DNA from: Candidatus Lustribacter sp.
GTDB taxonomy: Bacteria; Vulcanimicrobiota; Vulcanimicrobiia; Vulcanimicrobiales; Vulcanimicrobiaceae
Assembly: GCA_965277805.1 (NCBI GenBank)
Contig: OZ255842.1
Coordinates: forward strand, 3,136,001 to 3,200,000
Length of the DNA: 64,000 bases
Reading direction: 5' to 3'
The first letter of the stretch is position 1. Each line of letters starts with the position of its first letter. Below the pieces are notes generated by a model. It was not told the DNA's origin. It saw nothing but the letters and a program-made list of their open reading frames with translations, and searched no databases. Of the stretch, positions 1-9,176 are shown piece after piece. Made by a program: the position numbers and the translations under genes.

Positions 1-130
1 GCTGCGCGATGAACTTCGGCTTGAAGTCCGGCTCCCAAACGGACTCGCTGACCGGCCCGAATGCGGCCGTTACCGCCGGCCGGGGTGAGGTAAAATGCAT
101 GAGCAGCGTGACGATGACGTGCGCTAACAT
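1..130 (-). CDS. 5' part of a gene running off the left edge, hydrophobic N-terminus (possible exported protein)
   Basis: Open frame from ATG at 130: MLAHVIVTLLMHFTSPRPAVTAAFGPVSESVWEPDFKPKFIAQ..., directly downstream of a consensus-like promoter. Confidence 0.5.
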   Translation of the reverse strand, partial: MLAHVIVTLLMHFTSPRPAVTAAFGPVSESVWEPDFKPKFIAQ

Positions 131-166
131 GCCGATATCGTATAATACGACATCGTATTATGTCAA
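131..166 (-). promoter_or_regulatory. sigma70-type promoter with overlapping palindromic operator
   Basis: Minus strand TTGACA-N18-TACGAT-N6-ATG; perfect palindrome ATAATACGA-CA-TCGTATTAT (142-161) in the spacer. Confidence 0.7.
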
Positions 167-183
167 GCGGTCTGCGGTTGGCC

Positions 184-951
184 TTATTCGGAGCGCCAGC
201 GGCTGAAGTGCAACTCGAGCCGGCGAGTCAGTTCGTTCACGCCGATGGCGATTGCGGCGAGAACCGTAATCAGACAGAAAAGATCGGTGGGGTCGAATTT
301 CTCTGAAAAGAGCTGGGTGAAATAACCGATTCCGGTGGTCGAGACGTAGAGTTCCGCCAGGACCACGCCGAGCAGCGTAACGGCCATCGCCAGACGCATT
401 CCGACGAAAATGCTCGGCACCAGTTGCGGCAAGATGACTCTGCGGAGGATCTGCATCTTCGTTGCGCCCATCGTACGCGCGCTGAGCACGTGAATCGGAC
501 GCACACCCTTCATCCCGGCGACGACGTTGAGGATAATTGGGAAGACACCGTGACTCGCTCCGAACGCGATCTTCGAAGCAGCACCAAGGCCGAAGAACAG
601 AATGAACATCGGCAAAACGGTGACCTGCGGGATGGCATACAGCAGCAGCACGATCGGGAACACGCTGCGGTAGTTGAACGGGGTCGCTCCGACGGCAAGG
701 CCGACGATCAACCCCGCGACGACGGCAATCGCAAACGCAACGGCCAGTTCTAGGAAGAACGAGCCGACGGCAGCGCCGACCTTCGGGTCGGCAAACAGAT
801 GCCCGAAGCCGGTGACCACGGCCGAGGGGGGACTGGCGAACGCCGGGTCGATGAACCATCGCGCCGCAATCTCCCAAAGCACCAGCAGCACCGCGATGCT
901 GAGGATGCGCAGCCGCAGCGGGCCGTACTTGCCGCGAAACGCCGTCTTCAT
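184..951 (-). CDS. ABC transporter permease, SsuC/TauC/NrtB family
   Basis: Multiple TM helices, EAA-like loop SARTMGAT; start placed at ATG 951 overlapping the upstream stop. Confidence 0.9.
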   Translation of the reverse strand: MKTAFRGKYGPLRLRILSIAVLLVLWEIAARWFIDPAFASPPSAVVTGFGHLFADPKVGAAVGSFFLELAVAFAIAVVAGLIVGLAVGATPFNYRSVFPIVLLLYAIPQVTVLPMFILFFGLGAASKIAFGASHGVFPIILNVVAGMKGVRPIHVLSARTMGATKMQILRRVILPQLVPSIFVGMRLAMAVTLLGVVLAELYVSTTGIGYFTQLFSEKFDPTDLFCLITVLAAIAIGVNELTRRLELHFSRWRSE

Positions 952-1760
952 GCGGTCGTCCGTGCCCGCCGGGACTCCCATGTCGAGAGCAGCAGGTTGA
1001 ACAGCGCGGCGATGATGATGACGAGGAGGACGTAGGCGAACATCCGCGCCGTCTCCATCATCTGAGCGTTTTGCGAGATCTGATGGCCGAGGCCGGAATC
1101 CGACGCGATGATCTCACCCGCAAGGACCGACGCGAAACAGGGAATGAAGGCCACGCGCAAACCCGTCAGGATGATCGGAAACGCGCCCGGCAACAGCACG
1201 CGGCGCAGCATCTGCAAGCGCGAGGCACCGAACGACATCGCCGCCGTGCGCAGATTGAGATCGACGCTGTTGAAGCCGGCAATCGTATTGAGCGCGATCG
1301 GAAAAAACGCGGCCAGGCACCCCAGCGCCATCTTCGACTTCACGCCGGTCCCGAAGAATAAGATGAACGTCGGAAAGAAAATCAACAGCGGCACCGTGTA
1401 GAAGGCAGCCAGCATCGGCTCGTACGTCCGGGTGAAGAGGCGCGACGTGCTCACTACGTAGCCGACGCCAATGCCGAGCACGATCGCGATGATGTAGGCC
1501 GTGCCGAACGTCGACATCGTCGTCCAGATGTCGGTCAACGTCGCGGGGGAGGTAACGACGTTGAGGAAGTTCTTCGCAACGTCGCCGATACGCGGGAACA
1601 AAATCGGGTTGATCAGGTGCATCGCCGACTCGATCGACCACGCTCCCAACAGCACGACGAAGAACGCCGCCTGAACGAGCCGCGTAGCGAGCCGATCGTC
1701 TTTAACCATTGCCGCGTTTGCGGATCTGCTGCGCCGAATCCACGCTACGGCGAATTTCAT
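948..1760 (-). CDS. ABC transporter permease, SsuC/TauC family
   Basis: TM helices, AAMSFGAS loop, GEIIASDSGLG motif; true start may be later (about 1709). Confidence 0.9.
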   Translation of the reverse strand: MKFAVAWIRRSRSANAAMVKDDRLATRLVQAAFFVVLLGAWSIESAMHLINPILFPRIGDVAKNFLNVVTSPATLTDIWTTMSTFGTAYIIAIVLGIGVGYVVSTSRLFTRTYEPMLAAFYTVPLLIFFPTFILFFGTGVKSKMALGCLAAFFPIALNTIAGFNSVDLNLRTAAMSFGASRLQMLRRVLLPGAFPIILTGLRVAFIPCFASVLAGEIIASDSGLGHQISQNAQMMETARMFAYVLLVIIIAALFNLLLSTWESRRARTTA

Positions 1761-2526
1761 CGTGCAACAGTTCGTAGAGCTCGCTGCGGATCGCCGCGAA
1801 TTGCTCCGAGATCACGAAGTCGGGCGTGCGCGGATGCTCCTTCTTCACCTCGACGACGGCCTTGATCTTGCCCGGGCGCGACGTCATGACGAAAATTCGG
1901 TCCGATAAGAACACGGCTTCGCTCAAACTGTGGGTGACCATCACGATCGTCTTGCCGGTCTCAGCCAGCAGCACGGAGAGGTCTTCACCGAAGACCATCC
2001 GCGTCTGCTCGTCGAGCGCCGCAAACGGTTCGTCCATCAAAAGAATGTCGGTTTGCAAGCTCAGTCCGCGCGCGAGCGCAACGCGCTGTTTCATGCCCCC
2101 GGAAAGCTGCGCCGGATAAAAGGCGGCGAACTCCGACATATGCACGGCTTCGAGCGCAGCGGCCGCGCGCGGAGTCCGCTCGGCCGCCGGCACGCCTTGG
2201 AATTCGAGCGCGACCAGCAAATTTTCGAGCACGGTGTTCCACGGAAAAAGCGCGTTCTCTTGAAACACGAACGACATCTTGTGCGGCATGATGCCGCTCA
2301 ACGCCGCACCGTCGAGCCGCACGCTGCCGGCGTTCGGCGGCAGCAGACCGCCGATGATGTTCAGGAGCGTGCTCTTGCCGCAACCGCTGGGACCCAGCAG
2401 CGACACCATCTCGCCCGCCCGGATCGCTAACGAAACGTCACTCAACACCGCGAGCGGCGCCGAGCCTTGCGAAAACGCGTGCGACACGTCCTGGGCTTCA
2501 ATCGCGATGGCGGGTTGCACGCTCAA
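1702..2526 (-). CDS. ABC transporter ATP-binding protein, SsuB/TauB family
   Basis: Walker A GPSGCGKS, LSGGMKQR, DEPF; TTG start at 2526 with GAAGAGGA RBS. Confidence 0.93.
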   Translation of the reverse strand: MSVQPAIAIEAQDVSHAFSQGSAPLAVLSDVSLAIRAGEMVSLLGPSGCGKSTLLNIIGGLLPPNAGSVRLDGAALSGIMPHKMSFVFQENALFPWNTVLENLLVALEFQGVPAAERTPRAAAALEAVHMSEFAAFYPAQLSGGMKQRVALARGLSLQTDILLMDEPFAALDEQTRMVFGEDLSVLLAETGKTIVMVTHSLSEAVFLSDRIFVMTSRPGKIKAVVEVKKEHPRTPDFVISEQFAAIRSELYELLHDEIRRSVDSAQQIRKRGNG

Positions 2527-2608
2527 GCTGCATCCTCTTCGATGATTGCCTGGCCTTCGACGGGCCGCGTCGTAGGCTCCCCCGGTGCCACGGCAGAAGG
2601 GCGCCGTT

Positions 2609-3583
2609 GTGAACATCGTCCGGCCGGCAATCCTTGCCCTCGTCACGCTGCTGGCACTCGCGCCGGCAACGCCGCTGCGGGCGCAGGACCTGCCCGTCGT
2701 GCGCGTCGGCAAGCCCGAAGCTGCGGCCCTCACGTTCATGGCCATCGAAATCGGCGAAAGCGCCGGAATATGGAAGAAAGTCGGCATTAACGTCCAGGGC
2801 GAAGCGCTCAAGGGCGACGCGCAAATTCACCAGGCGCTCACGGCCGGCAGCATCGATATCGGCATCGGATCCGGGCCCGGCCTCGCGTTTCTCGCAAAGG
2901 GCGTGCCGGCACTCGCAGTCGCCGCATTATCGGGACCACCCGATCAAATGAGCCTCATCGTCGGGCCGAACTCGCCGATCAAAACCATTCGCGACGTTCA
3001 GGGAAAGCGCATCGGCGTCACGACCCATGGTGCCGTGACCGAATGGCTGACGCAGCAGATCGCCGTGAAGCAAGGCTGGCCCGTGTCATCGATTACGATC
3101 GTGCCGCTCGGCGATGCGAAGGGCGAGTTGGCCGGTCTCAAGACCGGCGCCGTCGACGGGTTCGTGAGTTCCGTCGATGTGGGCTACGATCTGATCGAGC
3201 ACCATCAAGGATCGATCGTGCTGAATTTCGGGCACGAGATCGTGCAGCATTTCCACAATAACCTGATCTTCGCGCGCACCGAGTTCATTCAAAACCATCC
3301 CGACCTCGTGAAGAGATTTCTGGATGGGTGGTTCCAAACGATCGCCTACATGCAGACCCATCGTCAGCAGACGGTCACGTTCGCCGCGCAAGCCGAAGGC
3401 TTCAGCAACGAAACGATGGCGAAGGCGTACACCGACCTCATGCCGATGATGTCGAAAAACGGAGCCTTCGATCAGTCCGCGCTCAATCTGCTCGCGAAAT
3501 CGTTCACCGACCTCGGCGTCCTCGATCATCCCATCGATCCGAATCAGTACATCACGACGAAATTCGTCCCGGTGCATATCTGA
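2609..3583 (+). CDS. ABC substrate-binding protein, SsuA/NMT1/THI5-like
   Basis: Signal peptide ending LRA, IKTIRDVQGKRIGV motif, divergent from ATPase/permeases. Confidence 0.88.
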   Translation: MNIVRPAILALVTLLALAPATPLRAQDLPVVRVGKPEAAALTFMAIEIGESAGIWKKVGINVQGEALKGDAQIHQALTAGSIDIGIGSGPGLAFLAKGVPALAVAALSGPPDQMSLIVGPNSPIKTIRDVQGKRIGVTTHGAVTEWLTQQIAVKQGWPVSSITIVPLGDAKGELAGLKTGAVDGFVSSVDVGYDLIEHHQGSIVLNFGHEIVQHFHNNLIFARTEFIQNHPDLVKRFLDGWFQTIAYMQTHRQQTVTFAAQAEGFSNETMAKAYTDLMPMMSKNGAFDQSALNLLAKSFTDLGVLDHPIDPNQYITTKFVPVHI

Positions 3584-3594
3584 GGTGCCAAGCG

Positions 3595-4551
3595 ATGTCT
3601 AACCTCACCCGCGGCGCCGCCGTCAAGCTCGTTGCGGCGGCGGCGCTCGTGCCCGCACTCGCGCGGCCGGCGCGCGCGCAAGATCTGCCGTCGATTCGCG
3701 TCGCGTACTTGCCGTTTTCGTACAGCGCGCAGGTGCTCTACGCGCAGGACATGGGCTTCTTCAAGAAAGCCGGCATCAGCGTCGACTTGCAGTCGATCGC
3801 GTACGGCGCCGCGGTTGCGACCGCTGTTGCATCCGGAGCCGTCGACATCGGTATCGCCACGATCACCACGCTCGCGATCGCGCACTCGAAGAACATCCCG
3901 TTCATCATCGTCTCGCCGGCGGCCGAGTACGTCTCCTCGCAGCCGGCAACCGGCTGGCTCTTCGTTGGCAACCAAACGACGATTCAAAAAGGCGTCGACA
4001 TGAACGGCAAGACGGTCGGCACGCCCGGACTCGCGACGATGGGCGAGTATGGCGTGCGCGCCTGGGTCGACGCGAACGGCGGCGATTCGAACACGCTGAA
4101 ATTCGTCGAGATGCCGTTCTCGCAGATGCCGGCCGCATTTACCAACGGACGCATCGATGCGGCGTTCGTCGGCGAGCCGTTCATCACCGAAACGCGCAAA
4201 GTCGCCCGGGTGCTCGCGCGCGAGATGGATACGATCGGGCCGGCGTATGTGATCACGGCGTGGTTTGCCAACGCACCGTGGTTGACTGCCCACCCGGAAC
4301 TTGCGGCCCGCTTCGATGCCGCGATGCGCGACGCCGACGTGTGGGCGGCGAAAAATCCGGCGAAGTGCATCGACATCTTGGCGCAGCACTTCAAGCTCGA
4401 TCCGGCGACGATCTCGCCGGCCGGCTTGCCGACCTTTCCCGCGCGCATGACGCCCGCACTCATCCAATCCGAAATCAACATGACGGCACGGTACGGAAAG
4501 TTTCCCGCATTTCGCGCCGAAGAGTTGATCTACACACCGCCCCGAGGTTAA
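3595..4551 (+). CDS. ABC substrate-binding protein, SsuA/NMT1-like
   Basis: Signal peptide ending ARA, GFFKKAGI, DMNGKTVG, GRIDAAFVGEPF. Confidence 0.88.
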   Translation: MSNLTRGAAVKLVAAAALVPALARPARAQDLPSIRVAYLPFSYSAQVLYAQDMGFFKKAGISVDLQSIAYGAAVATAVASGAVDIGIATITTLAIAHSKNIPFIIVSPAAEYVSSQPATGWLFVGNQTTIQKGVDMNGKTVGTPGLATMGEYGVRAWVDANGGDSNTLKFVEMPFSQMPAAFTNGRIDAAFVGEPFITETRKVARVLAREMDTIGPAYVITAWFANAPWLTAHPELAARFDAAMRDADVWAAKNPAKCIDILAQHFKLDPATISPAGLPTFPARMTPALIQSEINMTARYGKFPAFRAEELIYTPPRG

Positions 4552-4556
4552 ACGGC

Positions 4557-5549
4557 TTGAGCCTTCTGAATTTGAGTTTTGCGTGCGGCCGCTACGACCG
4601 CACCGAAGCATTGCGCACCGGTGAAGTCCGCGTCGAAGGCGTCGACCTCAACTACATCGCGATCGAATCGCCGCGCGCGATCTTCGATCGGATGGTCGGC
4701 GGACTCGAGTTCGACGTCTCGGAACTTTCCAGCTCCGAGTACATCTGTCTCACCAGCGCACAAAAGAGCCAGTTCGTCGCGATCCCGGTGTTCCCGTCGC
4801 GAATGTTCCGTCACGGCTTCATTTACATCAACAAGAAGTCGGGGATCACGAAGCCCAAAGACCTCGAGGGCAAACGCGTCGGCGTCGCACTCTACACGCA
4901 GACCGCTGCAATCTGGATCCGCGGTCACCTCAAACACGAATACGGCGTCGACTACACCACGTTCGACTGGGTGCAAGGCGGCGTTGAACTCGCCGGCACG
5001 CACGGCAAACCGCACGCGCTGCCGCTGCTCAAGCCCGTCAAGATCAGCGAGAACGAGAGCCCGAACTCGCTCGGGCAACTCTTGGCCAAGGGTGAGATCG
5101 ATGCCCTGATCGGTTCGCGCCAACCCCTGACGCTGGGCAAAGATCCGAACGTTGCGCGGCTGTTTCCGGATTACCGCAACGTCGAGCGCGAATTTTATCA
5201 GAAGACGAGCATCTTCCCGATCATGCACCTCGTGGCGATCCGCAAAGACATCCACGAAAAGCATCCGTGGGTCGCCAACAGCTTCTATCGCGCCTTCGTC
5301 GAGGCGAAGCAGTGGGCGCTGGCGCGGATGAACTTCACCGGCTCGCAAAACACGATGTTCCCCTGGCAAAATCCCGACGTCGATGAGATCAACGAACTCT
5401 TCGGCGGCGATCCCTGGCCCTACGGCGTCGAGCCGAACCGCCCCACGCTCGAAGCGCTGATGACGTACATGGTCGAGCAAGACTTCATCCCGAAGGCGAT
5501 CCCGATCGACGACCTCTTCTACCCGCTGCCCGGCGCCATGGGCTACTAG
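4557..5549 (+). CDS. 4,5-dihydroxyphthalate decarboxylase (Pht5/OphC)-like PBP2-fold protein
   Basis: YDRT, FDVSELSSS, PVFPSRMFRH, DLEGKRVG, FPIMH, WPYGVEPNR motifs; no signal peptide. Confidence 0.8.
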   Translation: MSLLNLSFACGRYDRTEALRTGEVRVEGVDLNYIAIESPRAIFDRMVGGLEFDVSELSSSEYICLTSAQKSQFVAIPVFPSRMFRHGFIYINKKSGITKPKDLEGKRVGVALYTQTAAIWIRGHLKHEYGVDYTTFDWVQGGVELAGTHGKPHALPLLKPVKISENESPNSLGQLLAKGEIDALIGSRQPLTLGKDPNVARLFPDYRNVEREFYQKTSIFPIMHLVAIRKDIHEKHPWVANSFYRAFVEAKQWALARMNFTGSQNTMFPWQNPDVDEINELFGGDPWPYGVEPNRPTLEALMTYMVEQDFIPKAIPIDDLFYPLPGAMGY

Positions 5550-5890
5550 CTGCGCTCGGTGAAGCCCCGATAGATGCGGATGAGCGTTTCTTTCTGATCG
5601 GTCGTTAGCGCCGGATCGAGTTTGATCGCGTCCTCGACCGTGCGGTCGCCGGGCGCGGCGGACTTTTCATCGAGCAAGCCCGCTTGCGAGTACATGGCTT
5701 CGGCCGAAATGCGCAACGCCGAGGCGAGGTTCTTGAGCACGTCCGCTGAGGGCTTGTACATCCCGCGCTCGATCTGTCCCAGGTAGGGGTTCGAGATGTC
5801 GGCCATGTCGGCGAGTTGCCGCAGCGAGAGGTTCGCGAGTTCGCGCTGCGCTTTGATGAATTCGCCGAGGTTCTTCCAGTTATCGTTCAC
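5546..5890 (-). CDS. XRE-family HTH regulator, Rv0474/MLDSR-like
   Basis: LGEFIKAQRELANLSLRQLADMADISNPYLGQIERG; GTG start overlaps phaC stop. Confidence 0.88.
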   Translation of the reverse strand: MNDNWKNLGEFIKAQRELANLSLRQLADMADISNPYLGQIERGMYKPSADVLKNLASALRISAEAMYSQAGLLDEKSAAPGDRTVEDAIKLDPALTTDQKETLIRIYRGFTERS

Positions 5891-7638
5891 GCGCGTTTCT
5901 TCGCGCGCGATTTCCGCGCGGCTGTCTTGCGCTTGAGCGGGTTGTACGGCGGTGCCGTTTCGTTGCGCACGTAGTGGCCGGGCGCCGGTTCGCCGGGCGG
6001 CAAATTCGCGGCCGCCACCAGCGGACCCGCATGCGCATCGGCCCAGATCGCCCAGTCTTCCCACCACGTTCCGGCGTGGCGTTCGGCAGCCGCGCGCCAC
6101 TCATCAGCGCTCGCATCTCTACGCGGGCGATCGAGCGTCCAATGTTCCGACTTGGAACCGCCGGGCGGGTTGACGATCCCGGCGATGTGACCGGAGTTGG
6201 TAAGGGTGAAGCGCACGTCGTCGCTGCCGACGTGCTGAATCGTGCGATACGTAGAACGCCAGGGCGCGATGTGATCGGTTTCGGCGCCGACCACGTAGAG
6301 CGGCGTTTCGATCTTGCCGAGGTCGATCGGCACGCCGTCGACGGCGAACGCCCCGGGTTTGATGATCGCGTTACGCAGATAGCACGTGCGCAGATACTGC
6401 GAGTGCATCTCGGCGGGCATGCGGGTCGAGTCGGCGTTCCAGGCCAGGATGTCGAACGCCGGCGGGTTCTTCCCCTGAAACCAGTTGTTGACGACGTAGC
6501 TCCAGACCAGGTCGTTCGCGCGCATCCAGTTGAACGTGCCGGCCATCTCGGCAGAGTCGAGATAGCCGGTTTCGTGCATCTGCGTTTCGAGCCGCGCGAT
6601 CGACTCCTCATCGGTGAAAATGCCGAGTTCGCCGGGTTCGCTGAAGTCGACCAGCGTGTTCGTCAACGTGGCGCTCGCGATTCGATCGCCTTGGCCGCGT
6701 GCGCTGAGATACGAGAGCATCATCGTCGCGAGCGTCCCGCCCAGGCACAGCGCGGCGAGGTTCGTGCGCCGGCGGCCGGTAATCGCTTCTACGGCGCCGA
6801 GCGCGGCCAGTAGGCCGTGTTTCATGTAGTCTTCGATGCGCAGCGACGCCATCGACGCATCGGGGTTACGGTAGCTGATCGCAAACGTCTGATGACCGTG
6901 GAGCACGGCCCATTCGATGAACGAACGGCCGGGCGCAAGGTCCATCACGTAGTACTTGTTGATCCAGGGCGGACTGCACAGGAGCGGGATCTCGTGCACT
7001 TGCGCGGTCTGCGGTTCGTAGGCGATCAGCTCGATCAAGTCGTTGCGGAACACGACCCGGCCCGGCGTCGCGGCCAGATTGACGCCGAGCTTGAACGGCG
7101 TGGCGTCGACCTGACGCGGCATGCCGCCGTTGTCGCGCACGTCGTCGGCGAAATTCTGCATGCCGCGCACGAGGCTCATGCCGCCGGTGTCCATCGCTTC
7201 GCGCAGCACGGCCGGGTTGAGCCACGGTACGTTGCTCGGCGCGAAGGCGTCGCACATCAGCTGCATCCCGAACTTCGCCTTACGGCGCGTCGCCTCGGGC
7301 AGACGCGAGGAATCGACCAGCGCCATCGCCGCGCGCGCCTGCTCGAGATACGTCTCGGCAAATCCGAGGAAGAACGGGTTGCGCTTCCAGGCCGGATCGG
7401 CGAAGCGCTTGTCCTTGGTGGCAGTTGAGGCTTCGGGCTCGCCGTTGGTGTTGAGACGGCGCAGCAAATTGAGGCCGGCGGTTTGCTGCGCGAGCCCCAT
7501 CTGGGTCATCCACATCGTCATGCTCATCGGATCGCTCATCGCGTCCTTGATCACGGCCTGCACGGCTTCGCCGAGCGCCGCCGGGTCGAGCCCGGCGACA
7601 TCAAAACCGTATTGGAGCTCTTCGGGCGGGATGTTCAC
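5887..7638 (-). CDS. phaC: Polyhydroxyalkanoate synthase, class I-like
   Basis: DKRF, PPWINKYYVMDL, lipase-box ALCLGG, DHIAPW, SGHIAG catalytic motifs. Confidence 0.95.
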   Translation of the reverse strand: MNIPPEELQYGFDVAGLDPAALGEAVQAVIKDAMSDPMSMTMWMTQMGLAQQTAGLNLLRRLNTNGEPEASTATKDKRFADPAWKRNPFFLGFAETYLEQARAAMALVDSSRLPEATRRKAKFGMQLMCDAFAPSNVPWLNPAVLREAMDTGGMSLVRGMQNFADDVRDNGGMPRQVDATPFKLGVNLAATPGRVVFRNDLIELIAYEPQTAQVHEIPLLCSPPWINKYYVMDLAPGRSFIEWAVLHGHQTFAISYRNPDASMASLRIEDYMKHGLLAALGAVEAITGRRRTNLAALCLGGTLATMMLSYLSARGQGDRIASATLTNTLVDFSEPGELGIFTDEESIARLETQMHETGYLDSAEMAGTFNWMRANDLVWSYVVNNWFQGKNPPAFDILAWNADSTRMPAEMHSQYLRTCYLRNAIIKPGAFAVDGVPIDLGKIETPLYVVGAETDHIAPWRSTYRTIQHVGSDDVRFTLTNSGHIAGIVNPPGGSKSEHWTLDRPRRDASADEWRAAAERHAGTWWEDWAIWADAHAGPLVAAANLPPGEPAPGHYVRNETAPPYNPLKRKTAARKSRAKKRA

Positions 7639-8378
7639 ATGTCTAAGCCGCCGTTGACCGTGTACACGGCGCCCGTGATGTAGCTGGAGTCTTCTTCGAG
7701 CAGAAAGCCCACGACGCGAGCAACCTCGTGCGGAGCACCGAGCCGGCGTTGCGGGATCTTCTCGACGATCTTCGCCAGCACGTTCTCCGGAATGGCGGCC
7801 ACCATCTCGGTTTTGATGAAGCCCGGCGCGACGCAGTTGATCGTGATGCCGCGCTGCGACATCTCGAGCGCCAAGCTCTTCGTCAAGCCTACGAGCCCCG
7901 CTTTGGAGGCGGCGTAGTTGGCCTGACCGACGTTGCCGGTCTCACCGATGACGGAGCTGATGTTGACGATGCGGCCGGAGCCGCGCTCGATCATGTGCTC
8001 GATGACGGCTTTGGTCATCGCGAACGCGCCGAACAGGTTGACGCCCAGCACGTTGTGCCAGTCATCGACCGTCATTTTGCGGACCGTCTTGTCGACGGTG
8101 ATGCCGGCGTTGTTGATCAAGAAGTCGATGCGGCCGTGCTGGTCGAGCACTTCTTTGACGACGCGATTGCAGTCCTCGGCGTCATCGACGCGGCCTTGGT
8201 GCAGCGAGACGTTCTTGCCGTCGTTGCCGAGGTCCGATCGTAGTTTGTCGGCAGCCGCGGTATCGCGGCTGTACCCGGCGGCGACTTTGGCGCCGCCTTT
8301 TGCGAGAAGCGAGGTGATGGCGGCACCGATGCCGCGAGTTCCACCGGTAACGATAGCGACTTTTCCGTCGAAAATCAT
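7635..8378 (-). CDS. phaB: Acetoacetyl-CoA reductase
   Basis: TGGTRGIG, NNAGIT, GQANYAASK; coupled to phaC. Confidence 0.88.
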   Translation of the reverse strand: MIFDGKVAIVTGGTRGIGAAITSLLAKGGAKVAAGYSRDTAAADKLRSDLGNDGKNVSLHQGRVDDAEDCNRVVKEVLDQHGRIDFLINNAGITVDKTVRKMTVDDWHNVLGVNLFGAFAMTKAVIEHMIERGSGRIVNISSVIGETGNVGQANYAASKAGLVGLTKSLALEMSQRGITINCVAPGFIKTEMVAAIPENVLAKIVEKIPQRRLGAPHEVARVVGFLLEEDSSYITGAVYTVNGGLDM

Positions 8379-8425
8379 TTGCTCCGCCCTTCACGTTTGG
8401 AGGCTCGATCTTTTCCGACGGGATA

Positions 8426-8459
8426 CCACGGACTGCGAGGATTACCTAGCAGTCCGCGG
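8426..8459 (-). terminator. Stem-loop between the phasin-like gene and phaB (terminator or mRNA stabiliser)
   Basis: CCGCGGACTGC...GCAGTCCGTGG 11-bp stem with G-U on minus strand; no U tract. Confidence 0.55.
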
Positions 8460-8470
8460 CGCGGTTTGTT

Positions 8471-8743
8471 TTAGACGGCGGCGGGGGTGAAGACGTCGGC
8501 GATTTGCTTGGCGTACGCCTTCTGCTGCGCGACGACTTTGTCGACGAACTGCGTGTTCAGTTCGGTGAGTTCGGCGATCGTCGGGACGCCCGGGATCGTC
8601 GGGAGCTGCGCCGAGGCCGGGAGCTTCTCGACCATTTCTTTGGCGGAGGTCAGCGACTGGAGGTACGCGCTTTGAACGGCCTTGAGCGATTCGAGACCTT
8701 GTTCTTGCATTTGGGCGAGGAGTTCGAGGTAGGTTGCGGGCAT
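8471..8743 (-). CDS. Small helical protein, putative phasin
   Basis: 90 aa Ala/Gln-rich amphipathic pattern, GAAAG RBS, TATACT -10 upstream, directly before phaB. Confidence 0.6.
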   Translation of the reverse strand: MPATYLELLAQMQEQGLESLKAVQSAYLQSLTSAKEMVEKLPASAQLPTIPGVPTIAELTELNTQFVDKVVAQQKAYAKQIADVFTPAAV

Positions 8744-8851
8744 GGCGTGTCTGCTTTCTGCGGTGCGGCGAGCGGGTTCGGGCTACGTGCTAAGTATACG
8801 CAGCACGCGCGGGATTTCTCACTGCTTTTGTCGCAGATTGCTTACACCAAG

Positions 8852-9091
8852 CTAGCCCTTGCCGAGTTTGGCGGCTCGCTGTGCGAGCTGCTCGGCAATT
8901 GCTGCCTTGAGCGACTCCGAATCGTGGAGCAGCGAGGCCATGTTGTGCATGGTGGCGAGGATCGCGATCTCTTGCACCCTGGGGTCGATTTGCTCGTACC
9001 GGAAGGCGGTCGGGAGCATGTTCCGCATGGCGGCGTTCCAGGAGAGGAACCAGCTAGACGGATCGGTCGGATCGAAGCGCGGAAGATCCAT
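8852..9091 (-). CDS. Hypothetical protein in pha cluster
   Basis: 79 aa ORF filling the gap between the phasin-like gene and phaZ; protein-like composition. Confidence 0.55.
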   Translation of the reverse strand: MDLPRFDPTDPSSWFLSWNAAMRNMLPTAFRYEQIDPRVQEIAILATMHNMASLLHDSESLKAAIAEQLAQRAAKLGKG

Positions 9092-9176
9092 AGCGAAGGA
9101 TAAGCGCTGGAACCAACCGAGGCCTGCGTACGGTAATGGGTAGAGGGTGTCGTCACCTCTGTAGTCTGGAGACCCC

